Assembly: GCA_964035545.1 (NCBI GenBank)
Contig: OZ037765.1
Coordinates: 2,356,001-2,420,000, forward strand
Origin: Bugula neritina
Taxonomy: Eukaryota > Animalia > Bryozoa
Direction: 5' to 3'
DNA: 64,000 nucleotides
The notes beneath the pieces are model-generated. The model saw only the letters and a program-made list of their open reading frames with translations. It was not told the origin of the DNA and made no database searches. The translations under genes were made by a program, and so were the position numbers. Positions 12,701 through 32,389 of this stretch are shown piece by piece (positions within the stretch are counted from its first letter, which is position 1; every line of letters starts with the position of its first letter).

Positions 12701-15565
12701 TTGCATATAAAACATCATTCAATGAACACCATGAATGAAATAATATTGATTATTGCTAACAGTGAGTGCATTCATAGTTAATGAAAATGCAAGCAGATGC
12801 GGCACTTTGACGATTTCAAGGTGTGCCAAAGCTCGTGTCAAATCCGAAAGAATGAAAAGTTATAGTAAAAATTGTCAAAAAATTTAACCAGTAAGCCAAT
12901 CGAAAAATGGTTCAAACTGTAATCATATCTAAAAAACTAGAGTTAAGTTAGGTTCTATTTCTTGCAGACCTACGTAGACACTAATATGATTATACACAAT
13001 GTGATCATATTATCATAAAAACTCACGCAAGTTAATAGTCACTATCCCTGTGAGAAACTCCTGGTGGAAAGAGTTTTTGTTATAGCGGGCTAAGGACTTA
13101 TTTTTAAATGAGGCACAGGAGCAATTATGACTGGATGCTCTTCCTAACATCACCAATGGCCTTTGTCAGGGTTCAAACCCATGACTTCATGTTTACTAGA
13201 CAAACGCTCTAACGGCTAACCCCTAGACCACGGCTGCTCCCTTGATCATATTATTATCATACAACCATGTAAATCCTTTTCAAAATGCATTCACCTGGCG
13301 ATTATACAAATTATTCTGTATAGATTTTAACCAGCTGCAGACAGCTTTAGAGATCAAATGAATGCCAGTCAGTAGTGCGAGTACATTATTCAAATTGATG
13401 TTTCTAGCAGTGTGATCAGTTGAACATAAACAGTGCTAATCCTATTCCTTTCATTAAATCTATTTCTACTGGCATAATGTTTAAATAACGAAGCCAACTG
13501 ATTGCAGGGTTTAAGTAACTAGTTGAATTATCCATCTGCAAAAACAGCCTATAATACTTTTACTACAAACATTAGTTGTACATTTTAAAAGCTCTAACTG
13601 TGTAATGTCAGAAAGGAAAATCGATGCATGTTATAACATAACTTAATCAAAAATTGATCGAAATAGAGTTTACTAGAACTTAATGTTAATGGTGCCAAGC
13701 TACGGTGATGCAAAAAGCTACTCTACTGTCTTAAAATATGCATAGTAAACTGTACCTGCTACGTATTCTTCAAACTTTACACTCTCCCCTTTGGCTGACA
13801 CTGAAAAAGCTAGAATTTGTCCCGAACTTGATCCTGCAAAAATAAAACATCTGAATCACTTAATCTACATTCTGCTAATACAAGAAGCAAAGTACCAAAA
13901 CTAATGATGATAATCATGTAGAAATAAAACAAAATGTAGCATTTATAAAAAAACTTGTTAAATTGTTTACCACATACAAGACAAAACAACTGAGCCATGT
14001 TAGTAACCATTGGGCAAGTCTCTGTATCACCATAGCTCAATACAACTTTAAAAATAATATAATATAAATAAAAACAATTATAATGAAGATAAGTGTAATG
14101 ATAAAGTCTTATAACATAACATGCTCATAATGAATGGTAATATGAAATGATATTGCTATCACATTCCTGATATCTCACTTAACCATCAAACTAGCCTTTA
14201 GGTACAAAGATGTGTGTTTGCATAAAATTTTATTATAGGTAGAGAAGACAATTTCTCGAGCTAGAAATTTTGCCATGTATTGAAAACCAGGCAATAAGCT
14301 GTAATAGTGAATACGTCCTTAGCCCATCAGGGGTTCACACAGGGATGGTGATTATAAACTCTAGTGACCTTTTATACAGACAGTTCTAGCAGCTATAAAT
14401 ATACTATATTATATATATAATATGAATCAAAATAGTTTAAACGATAAAAAATAATCTACGTATTAAAGAATCCATGACACACCAAGTGTCATGGATTCTT
14501 TAATAATAAACTCACCTATACAGATTGTTTGTCCACCGACAGAAGTGATACCTTTAGTGAATACGATACTCTCACCTCCCGCCCCGAACCCATGCCAGTG
14601 TATCAATGTGGATCCAAGCTCATCATACATCTACAAAACAGAGTAGAAAATTGGAAGAATACAAAAAGTATGATTTGTCTATTTGAGTATCATGTATAAA
14701 AAATAACATCTAGTACCAACATTAAATCATTTAAAAATAAAAAATGTAAATGATATTAAATAATTAAAATTATTAGTACTAGTATGCTTTCTGGCAATGT
14801 TACCTTGATGCCTTTTTGCGTAGCTAACACCAACATATTTCCATGGGTAAGCTCTACCCAGTCTGCCTGCATACAAAAATAATAATGTATTGAATTTTCC
14901 AAAATTGATGTCCATATAATAAAAAAGATTTAAGTGTTTTTTAAATAAATTTGAATAGCATTTCAACCAGAGTTTTAATCAAACTGAGAATTTTTAAATA
15001 ATCATGAAGCTCAATGAATTTGCAGATTTCCAACTTTCTCAGTGTAATTTACTGATATCATATAGATAAACTTTCTGTGGACAACTTTGCTTTGAATAAT
15101 TTATTCTTCAGCAAAAACTTTCAAACAAAATACTAAAAGACAATGCGGATACAGCAATTGAGCACAAATACAAATTTATTGGGAAAATATATGCGAAGAT
15201 TTTATAGTTGCAATCCACCCAATCATTTATCATTATTCAACTGTCTAAGAACAAGTCAAATTTGTAATAAATCTGCAAGAGATTACAACAAAGTAAGTGA
15301 AGCTGCTCACCTGTAGAATTAAAACATACGACATCTGTTGGTTCGCACTCGGAACCTTGCATACTACATCTCTATGAATGTGTCCGTCAGCTGTCACCTC
15401 ACAATCCGGGAAATCTTTAACAGCATCAGCTTTACAAAGCAAATGTGCTGCTGATTTGTGAACGAACACAAGGCTGTTCTTGGCTGACTTGAAATTTACA
15501 GCCAAGTTGTTATGCAGCATCGACGCACTGACTTGGCCATTAATTGACTTTTGCTTAGCAAACAT
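9736..15565 (-). CDS. WDR54: WD repeat-containing protein 54
   Basis: Exons 15565-15311, 14866-14804, 14630-14516, 13833-13756, 11470-11287, 11027-10913, 10245-10180, 9867-9736; total 1008 nt, 335 aa. Motifs SASMLHNNLAV, LVLATQKGIKMYD, GHEHSIT, WKNIIVAGYSNG, IDAHA and GARFLDAAGTSFAVTAYD match WDR54. Confidence 0.9.
10302..10515 (+). mobile_element. tRNA-derived SINE, second copy of the same family
   Basis: GGGAGCAG...GGGTTCGAGTCC (B box)...GGTGATGTTAGGAAGAGTATTCAGTCATAATTGCTTCTGTG...TTTAAAAATAAGTCCTTAG...CTCACAGGGATGG, collinear with the reverse complement of 13018-13241. Confidence 0.75.
13018..13241 (-). mobile_element. tRNA-derived SINE, full-length, with target-site duplication
   Basis: The minus strand starts GGGAGCAGCCGTGGTCTAGGGG (A box), then GGGTTTGAACCC (B-box-like), then the core GGTGATGTTAGGAAGAGCATCCAGTCATAATTGCTCC. 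It is flanked by the direct repeat TGATCATATTAT at 13002-13013 and 13243-13254. Confidence 0.8.
14315..14360 (+). mobile_element. 3' fragment of the same SINE family
   Basis: GTCCTTAGCCCATCAGGGGTTCACACAGGGATGGTGATTATAAACT matches the 3' part of the copy at 10302-10515. Confidence 0.55.
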
Positions 15566-15699
15566 GTTGTAATAGCAATACTAATAGTAATACTAATAGT
15601 AATATTACTATATAGTATATTTATATTATAATTATTATTATATTAATACTGATACTAATCAGTTTAATAACTACATTCAATAAAATACTTTTAAAACAA

Positions 15700-16100
15700 T
15701 TATTGTAACTTGTTTGTTAAATAAAGATTTCCCATTTGCAAGTTTATACAGTCTATTTGAAAATATTGTGCTTAAACACTCAGCTGAATAAAACACTGAA
15801 AGTAAACTCTATATTACTATAATATAATCTGCTAAGTTTTCATTGTCCGCGATGCGCTAGATGAAGCTCAAATTTCTAATTTTTGCAGGTATATCGGGTA
15901 TGATCTTTAGCCGCCCGTTATTACTTGAAATGTTGGAATCTGCAGATCTATGTGTTTGCTTGGTTGCTATCTCGTCAAACTTCGCGTGAATTTATATGTC
16001 AAGGATTAAATAAGCTAGAATCTAAAGTAAATTTTTTTTATCTTGGTAACTGTATTTGTAGAAGCTATGCAAACCCTTCACCCAAACAAACCAACTATAC
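15700..16100. promoter_or_regulatory. Probable shared (bidirectional) promoter region of WDR54 and the HIG1-domain gene
   Basis: The genes are head-to-head, with a local CpG cluster (GTCCGCGATGCGC, AGCCGCCCG, TTCGCGTG) in AT-rich DNA. The TSS is not directly visible. Confidence 0.4.
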
Positions 16101-17880
16101 TCTAGACTAAGGCTAGGCGAACCGGATTGAGTAATTGCAATTTTTTGACTACGATAATTTTTCTATGCTATTGCATAAGCTAAAGCACATTTTTACCATC
16201 ACCATGTGAACTATTCCCGGACATAACCGATTTGTTTTAGCTTTAGGATATGTTGTAATACCGATACGACTATAACAATTATATTTATTAGGTTACTGTT
16301 TTAGTTGCTTATAAGTTCTTGTCACGTTCACTTTCAGTTTGGGTTTCAGTCTGAGAGTGAGAGTGAGTCTAAATCTAATTCTCTAAAAGTAAAACTAAAA
16401 GTAAATCGTTTGTCTTTCACTCTTTGAGTATGATTATGAGACATGAGTTTCAGTTGATATTAAATTTAATTATTTTTACAGTCACTGATAGTTTTACTTT
16501 TAGAAATTTGCTGTTTGGTAATTTACTATAACTATAAGTATAAGTATAACAACTACTATTAGAATTAGTATTACTATTAGTATTACTAATAGTAATACTA
16601 TTAGTATTACTATTAGTATTACTATTACTATTAGTGGTGGTACTTGAAGTATTTATTCATTATTGTTATAAATTACTATTACAGTATTAGTAGTATCACT
16701 ATAACTACTAATAGTAATACTATGACTATAAGTATTGCCTATTGCTATTACTATTAGCATTAGTAATACTACTAGTATTACCATTGCATTAGTATTAGTA
16801 TTACTATTAGTTATTTACTATAACTTATTACTTATTAGTTATTACTAATGGTAATACTAATACTAATAGTAATACTATTACTATTAGTATTTATATAAAT
16901 ATTTGATATTATAATTTATAATGCTAATAAGTCTTTAACTTTAACAAAAAGTTAAATATATTATATTTATTCTTTACAATTTTTTCATCATGGGTTTATT
17001 GTTTATTAGTTTAATAATCACCAATATTTTATTAATATTATAATAATTATTACTATTACTATTAGATTTAGTGTTCACCAGCGTGTTAATATTGACAATC
17101 ACAATGATTCAAACAATGATATTCGGTACGACCATGGTTTAGCCCTATAGGTTATGGTAATTCATTGACTTTTAATTTATTCAATTTATTAATATTTTTG
17201 TTTTTCTTTACATTTAACTTGAAATTAAGTTCTTTTTGGTGTGATAACAACCATATAACGGTTACTATTAGCATTGGTATTTCTTTAAGTTTGAGCACAA
17301 ACATAGTGACTGTTATTTATTTAAAAAGTCAAATCTAACCCTATGGCTATTAATTACTGGTAAGTCAAAAATTTCCATTATTGGAAGATTAACATGGTAA
17401 TAGTCATAATTATTAAGCAAGCATGATTATTGTAGCTGCAATTGTAATTTCAATATCGGCGTATATCATAGAAATAAACTAGGCACTGAGATTTTATGTG
17501 GAACTATCACAACTATAAGGACTTTACAAAGTACCACTATCAAATTCAATATTTGCCAAGCAATTTTAATTTCAATTTTGTGAGTTAGAGCAGCATGCGT
17601 GCAGCGCAATGTCTGTCCGCTGCTATGCAATACAACTTTTTTTCAATACAAAAATTCTCCTCACTGAGCGCAGTCATTGTTAATCTTAACCTTAACTTTC
17701 TATAGTTCTTTTTTTTCATGACTATTGTAATGGTTTTTAACTTGGTGTAACTTTCTAAATGCTGTTAAATGTTGTAATTATAGCTAAGCTCTTAGCGTAG
17801 TGAATATCATAATGATTGTGAGTTGCCCTTCCTATTTTGTTGTTTGTTTATAAAATACTGGAATAATTTTTGTTGAGTTA

Positions 17881-18227
17881 TGTTCCCCCGCCACTTTTTT
17901 TGTAAATAATCTTTGATGAGTTATATGAGCCGAAGTTCAGCTGAGTTCGGAGCCCAGAGGCACGACTTCAGAAGGGCCTGTTCAATTTCGGACAGATCTT
18001 TCCGACTTCGGCCAATGGAACTCCGAGTCTCGGCAGAGTTTCGGACACCCGAAGTGGTGGGAAATTTTGTTAGTATATAAGTGGGAGAGTTTCCAGTGGT
18101 AAGTCAGTCTAACACTGGAGCTATAGAAGAATAAAGGCACTATATCAAGAGTATTCAGGAAGACTTTTATTTGATCAGCATAGTATAAGGCATGCAGACT
18201 GCTTAGTCTATTTCATAATAACCCACA
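17881..18227 (+). mobile_element. Probable solo LTR
   Basis: GC/CpG-richer island running TGTT...ACA, with flanks AGTTA/AGTTT (4 of 5 match). CCAAT at about 18012, TATATAAG at 18074, initiator TCAGTC at 18104 and AATAAA at about 18129. The 3' boundary is uncertain. Confidence 0.5.
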
Positions 18228-18501
18228 AGTTTACTACACTATTCTTAGCTGCTTGTCACTTGAAATTTTAGCCGACAGTTTTCAAACATAAAACTTGTTT
18301 TCAACTTCTTTTAGTCAATCAGATTTGCCAAAAGTGAGAACAACTGATCAATTAAATCAATTCTAACATTTTAACACTTGCCAAAATGTAGCATTATCAT
18401 CACCAACAAATGGAACAGCAAATATTTGCAGACTTGTATACGTCCAAACTTTATGTTGCCATGTTCGATAAAATTAAGTTTACACTTTCATATAGCTGAA
18501 G

Positions 18502-19696
18502 ATGGCAGATCACAGAAACGAAGCTATGAAAATGCAAGATATTCCTAAAGATGAAAGTCGGTTATCAAAAATGATGAGAAAAATTAAGAAAGACCCAGCA
18601 GTTGTTGTGGGTGAGTATAAATCTGTATGCAGAGTTCTCAGCGCTAACCAAAGCAAGAACAACTTACCAATGAAATCAATTCTAACATTTTAAGCTCTGG
18701 TTGGTGCATGTCAAGTGTGTTAGGAGGTGAAAACCTGATCAAAAAAAGTGTGTCTTCACTTTTTAAGCTTTTTATTTGGTTACTAAAATAAATTTGCAAG
18801 AAAATCAATCATTTGGGAAGAAAAAGCTGAAATTTATAATAATCACGTATGCTTCTTTTTATCAGTTTATGGTGTGCCAGTTTAGTTTAAAAAAAACTCA
18901 ATCTGAGAATCTTTATGTAATACATGGACTTTGCCTCACGTTGTGCTTGCGTTTCTGTGACGCAGCAGAAATTCTGATTGGACAATTTTTATGACATCAC
19001 CAACTTGGTCTTGAGTCATCAGTCTATTACCACATAATAACCCACTGCTCTCTAGGTGTCATCAATACTATTGTTTTTATTTAGGCTTCAAGATACAAAT
19101 ATTTGTCTCTTGAACCTTGTTTTGACAAATATAAAAACTTCTCTTGTGTAATTAGTTGGTTATTTTGCAATAAATTAGCATTGAATGGTGCATAATATAT
19201 GTATCGAATATATATTTTGATGCTTGAATAACTTATGTGATGTAATATATTGTGTATCTCCATCAAACCTTGAGACAGCCTTGCAGAATGATTAGGTGAA
19301 TGTAGTCTTTAGGCATTCAAACCGATGATGCAGAACATGATTAAACTGACCGAATATTTTTCTAGGCTGTGATTTTTCTATTTTATATCTGTCAATTCAT
19401 ATGTCAGTGGTTGATGGATTGTACTGTTATATATAGTTTTACTTGTATGCTGTCTACTTGTAAATTGATGGTTTACTCTCTGTTTTCTTCATACAGGTAT
19501 GACCGGGTGGACAGGACTAGTCGGTTATGGACTATATAACATTAGAAAACGAAAAACCTCTTTGTCTCTATATCTTATTCATTTGAGAGTGACTGCACAA
19601 GTATTTGCCATTGGTTGTATGGTTTCGGTGGTCGGCTACAGGATATTCAATCATGAGAAAAACAGATTTTTCGGAAAAAGCGATGATGAGGAATAG
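18502..19696 (+). CDS. HIGD1A: HIG1 (hypoxia-inducible gene 1) domain protein, HIGD1-like, mitochondrial inner membrane
   Basis: Exons 18502-18610 and 19497-19696 give a 102-aa protein with KMMRKIKKDPAVVVG...YGLY...SLYLIHLRVTAQVFAIG, the HIG1 signature. An acceptor just upstream of the ATG (catatag|ctgaag) implies a 5'UTR intron. Confidence 0.85.
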
Positions 19697-20236
19697 CGAC
19701 TATTTTCACAGCTAGTTATCTCATAAGATTTTAAGGTGTCTAATTCTGCATGAGTCTTGTTATTGTACTCCGTTGTATTTATTTTTGTTAAAGCAAGTCC
19801 TAGACAAGTAATTTTATCATATTGATTAACTTTTTAAAAAGTTGTTATCTTATTTGTATGATATTTTTCCAATACAAAGTATGCCAAAAAGTAACTAATT
19901 GCTTATTTTTCAAAAATAGAACCTGAGACAGAATTTCTCAATTAATGCACCATCATCATAGTTTATTTTATGGAAATATTAAAATACATTATATAATAAA
20001 AAATTCTCTTTTATGTTTCATTAGTAACTAGTAACTACAGCATGCTACAGGAACATCAAACTTATAATAAAATAACAGGGCTCTGGAGTTATATCCTCAC
20101 GTTATTAATTTAACTGCATTTCCAGAAATAGTACCGCAAGTAATTAGAGACACGCCTTCACAAATATTCATGACGTTTTGTGCATATCCGTTAATATTGA
20201 ACCGAAAGTGGCAAGTTATTGCAAAATCGCCAGTGA

Positions 20237-27659
<7,423 letters not shown>

Positions 27660-29339
27660 TTTCTTAACTCTGTGTAGATATAAAATAAATCACTCCACTG
27701 TATAATTTTAAGTAGTCCTATAAAACTTTTATATTATTTTATCTTCATTTATTAGCTAATTTTCAAATTCACGCTCTTCCAGAGTAATAGCTATCTATTG
27801 CTTTCCTTCAGCGACTTTGTAGAAATAATCTTTTTTATTGGTATGAATTAGATTTCATATTGATTATGTATGTCAATGATTTCTCTATATTTAAAACCTG
27901 GTTTTTTGGTATCATTTTAGTATGTGTAAAGAAAATGGACTTACTTTTGTTATATATATTTGAAATATGAACATATTTGTTTTTACTGAAATGCTATTTT
28001 CTAGATCTTTAAATTAATACTGGCAGCACTTTATTTATGTTGTCTTTAAATATAATTTCTGCCCATACACTAAATAAAAAGTCAACAAATTGGTTTTAAA
28101 TCATATCATACTGAATGTACCTTTAAAATGTATTCATTGATTATAAAAAACTGCACTAAAGCCTGAAAATATCGATATTATGCAGTGCTGCACTGAATAC
28201 ATAACACCAGATGGCCAATGACTAGTAGAAACACTAATATTCAGCTACTCCTTACTTGAGAAGTTGAAGTTAGATGAGAACTTTGAGTTGGACATAAAGT
28301 GCTAGTGCTAAAATTCTCCCCAACTGATGGTGAACTTTTTGGCTCATGTGTTATTCTGAGTCTTAGGTTGTTGAATAGCCAGCACACATTCTATAGGCAA
28401 GCTGACATGACAGTACATTGTGTTGGCCATTTTTAATAATATATCTTGAAAGAAGTATTCAACAATATAAATATGAACAAGAGATAAAGTCTTAATACAC
28501 ATGACTGCAATATTACAGCTGGTATGAATTCCTAGCGTGGCCTACTGCGTTGGTTTGAAATTATGTCAATCACTCAAAACATACTAGAAAAATTAAATGT
28601 TTCACTTAATTAATGCAAAATATCAAGTTATTATGTTTGTTTGCAATTATGCTTTTCACATGTTTTAGCACACTTGGTAGTTGGTTTAGTTGAGTAAGCA
28701 AAAATATAGAGTTGTCTTTTATGGCAAAAACAATTATCACACAGTAAATAACTCTGCATCTGTGCTACTCAGTAGCATTGTAACTATTGTGCATATAAAT
28801 AATTAAAAACTAGTATGAAATAATAACAATAATAGTACTGCCCATATTTTTATATATAAGCCGAATAATCCGAAATTTTTTTATGATAGTTATATTATTG
28901 TACACAATTATAAGCATAAATTAGATTGAAAAACAAACTGCGTAGTTGTCTTAACTTGCTTTACTCAAAGGATTTAACTATGCAATGTCTGGTGTGAGTT
29001 GCTACCTTTTATGATAACTATAATCGCGATTCTGAATCTATAGCTAAATCTTTAAATGTTCTACGCATCTTAGTTTGGGAGGTCATAGCATGCTATCGGC
29101 AGAGATTTTAAAAGCAAATACATATTTGAGTCTAACAATAAATCCGTAATTATGAATATTCCAATAACAGAAAAGGGGTTAGCACAATCCTACAATATTT
29201 TTAGTTTAATATTGTAGATTTTATAAACTACAGATCTGATTCTATGGCGTAATCTAAACTCAGTTGTAATTGTAGAAAATGTGTTTTATTTACAAAGTAA
29301 TAAAATAGTTAAATCCAAACATGCTTTCATTTTTATATT

Positions 29340-29529
29340 CAGAGGTAGCGAATTGCTCGCCAGACAGACGGGCACGAAGTATAGACTCTGAGGCTCCGTA
29401 AATTCAGATTTGTTTTTACGGCGTTTTAGAACCAGTAACTCATAATACTGAGTCTATTAGTTGTGATAATTTATAGAAGAATAAAAAACAGCCAAATTAA
29501 ATGCTAGTACAATACTAAACACTAATAGT
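29340..29529 (+). other. Probable non-coding first exon / promoter of BMPR2
   Basis: CpG-rich patch followed by a donor (T|GTAAGT at 29530). It would pair with the acceptor tttag| at 32345 ahead of the ATG. Confidence 0.4.
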
Positions 29530-32389
29530 GTAAGTTTTTTAAGGCTACTAATACCAATTGAAATATAGCGATATTTTTTACTATTTTTATTTTAGCCACA
29601 TAAGAGTCAATCTGAATATGAATAGCAATATGAATATCATTTTCACTAATAGTAATACTAATAAGTAATAAGTAATAACTATTACTATTATTATTAATAT
29701 TATTATTAGTATAAGACTGATAAGTATAAGTGATGAGATTAACTTTAAGTTAAACTGATAGTGATACTGATACTGATAGTCATAGTGATAGTGATTACTT
29801 ACAGCTTGAGTTACTCTTATTAGAAATAAATGTATTACTATTACTATTAGTATTAGTATATTGCTGTTTGTGTTACTTAATACTAATTGAGCTATTAAAT
29901 CGAATGAATCATAATTGATTAAAATTAAAGGATTAATCATTATGATTACTTATTAAATTTTAATAAGTAGTGAAAATAGAACTGTATTGACCCACTCTAT
30001 TTGTAAGCTAAACTTATTAGACATTAGAGTTAGACTTAGTGATTACGGTCACTGATCAGCCATTATATTGATTGATAGCCTATGTCAATATTGAATACCA
30101 TTATTATTATGACTGGCAGTTGTTCACTCACTAACAGTAACAGTAAAATTAAATGTAATACTTTTGATTTATAAAGTAGTGACTAAGAAAGTAATAACTA
30201 ATAAGACTTTTAATCACAGTGATTTAATCAGTGATTAAAAATACCAAATACAGTGAAATAGTAATTAAATAGGTAGACTAATACTAATACTTAAAGCAAT
30301 GCAGAATCGATCCATCAAGTATTGACTCTATTACTATTAGTGCTGCAGTTACTATTAGTATTACATTTAGTGATGTAGTTTTACTGTATTAGACCTAGAC
30401 CTATGTTAATAGATTAGTAAATGTAATATTATTGCTAGTACTCACAGTTACCCGGACCATAATGATAATCATATCCATTTTGATTATGCTGACAATCCAA
30501 TCATATCAAGTTCTAAGCCTGATGTCCTAACTAAGTTTTACAATGACTATCAGCTTAAGTATTAATTTGGTGTGTCACTGTGACACTGATACAGGGTCAC
30601 AATTATAGGGTTTCACCTAGTCAATACTATAAATAAATACTAGTTGAATCACTTTGAGGGACTTTATTTACTCTCAATTTTCAGCTGAAAAATATATAGT
30701 AATGTCAACTTCTACTTTAATAACTTGTGGTAGATAGTCAGTTCTATGTGGGGAGAATATCGGTAATTTCCATTTTTAGTAAACTATTGCCAGATTTTCT
30801 GTTCATACTTCTGTCTTTGTGTCATCTTTTATATCACATTAAGTATAAACTTCATCATTTTATTAATAATTAGTAATTTTTCCTTATGACCATATAATTT
30901 TATTTCTTCAATTTCACAGTTGTTGGTTAATAATATATGAGTTATCAGGTTGCTTTAACAACTGAAGTTGGATAGCATTACCTCTTGTGCACCACTCATA
31001 TACTTTCTTGTTGAACATCTGATTAAGTTACAAGTATTGAAATACTACCCACATAACTTTCCTACATAAGAAGGCCTTATTTCCAATAGTATCCAGTACA
31101 TAAGTATTGGAAAAACTAATGATTTGAGTAAGCTAAGTGGCTGTTTTTAGCATTTAGCTATTTTACTCTTTCTTTGGAGAATTTCAAGAAGTCTGCTTTG
31201 AGTGTCTGTTAGATGTATGATATTCACTGAGATATAGACACTCTGTTTAATCTGATGCATACTTGACTAGTTAACTTTTTACCAACATACAACCTCCCCA
31301 TACAAATATCCCTTCTCTTTCTATATTTGTTATAGTCTACTCTAAGAAGTGATATACACTGCTATAAGGAGTTGGCTGGTCCCTAACCATGTTTTAGTTA
31401 TAATAATTTATATATTATATTCATTAACTCTCTTGTCCATACATTATTATCTGTAAGTTTATGCTGCAAAAAACTACTCTTGTAAATTTGTTCAGCTGTT
31501 CACCTAATGCAGTAAAATATAATTAACTCAGCATTTATATTGCATGCACTTGCAATGCAAGTATTATTTGTTCTCTTAAAGTTCAGACCTACTGACTGAG
31601 AACTAGGAAACCCTAATCAACAAAGATTACTGTTTGCATTTGTTATAATCAATGCCTTCATTCAACTCTCCAGTGTAATTAGTAGAGCTCTGGCGGTGAA
31701 ATATCACAGTACAGTAGCTGTGTGTGAAACCACTCTATTGACTTCTATTATTGCCAGCCAAAACAGTAAAATATTGAAGATTTGGTAAAACTAAATACTA
31801 GCCGTCATCAGGCTAAACATTTGTGTACAGCCAAGTTACTAAAATCATGCTGTGCTAAAAGCTGATTAAAATCACAAAAAAGTAGATATCTCAGTGAAAC
31901 AGTAGGTTTGAGTCAAAGCAACTAAGCTGGCTCCTTTTAGGCTATAACTTCTCCATGGTAACAGGGTACATAAGACTTGGTTTAACTGGCACTTCCCGAG
32001 TAGTTAATATATTCACTTGTGTTGCCAGCAATACTGACATTCTAATGTCTGATTAGTTTTAGATGGGAAATCAAACATTTATATTTTAGACTCCATTCAT
32101 AGTCTACTTAGCTCTAGGAATGTCATTAGAAACCGCAGAAAAGCCTGCCAATTCATAAATGTAAGCGTCATTTTTATTGGCTTGTCTCGGATTATTTATT
32201 TTTAATTATAGTGTTTTGTTATGCCCTGACATCAGTTGCCACAGTCTCATATTCCCTGTTTTCACCACTGAGCTAAGATTCTTTAAACTGGAGTGACTTG
32301 AAACATTCTAATGCAGCTAATAAACATATTTTATTTATTTTTTAGGTGTTATGGATCTATAAATTACAGAAGACCTGACTGACTTAGTT

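Noticed and set aside
27660-28100. AU-rich elements in the MK2 3'UTR as a feedback loop
   Set aside because: The few ATTTA motifs are expected by chance at this AT content.
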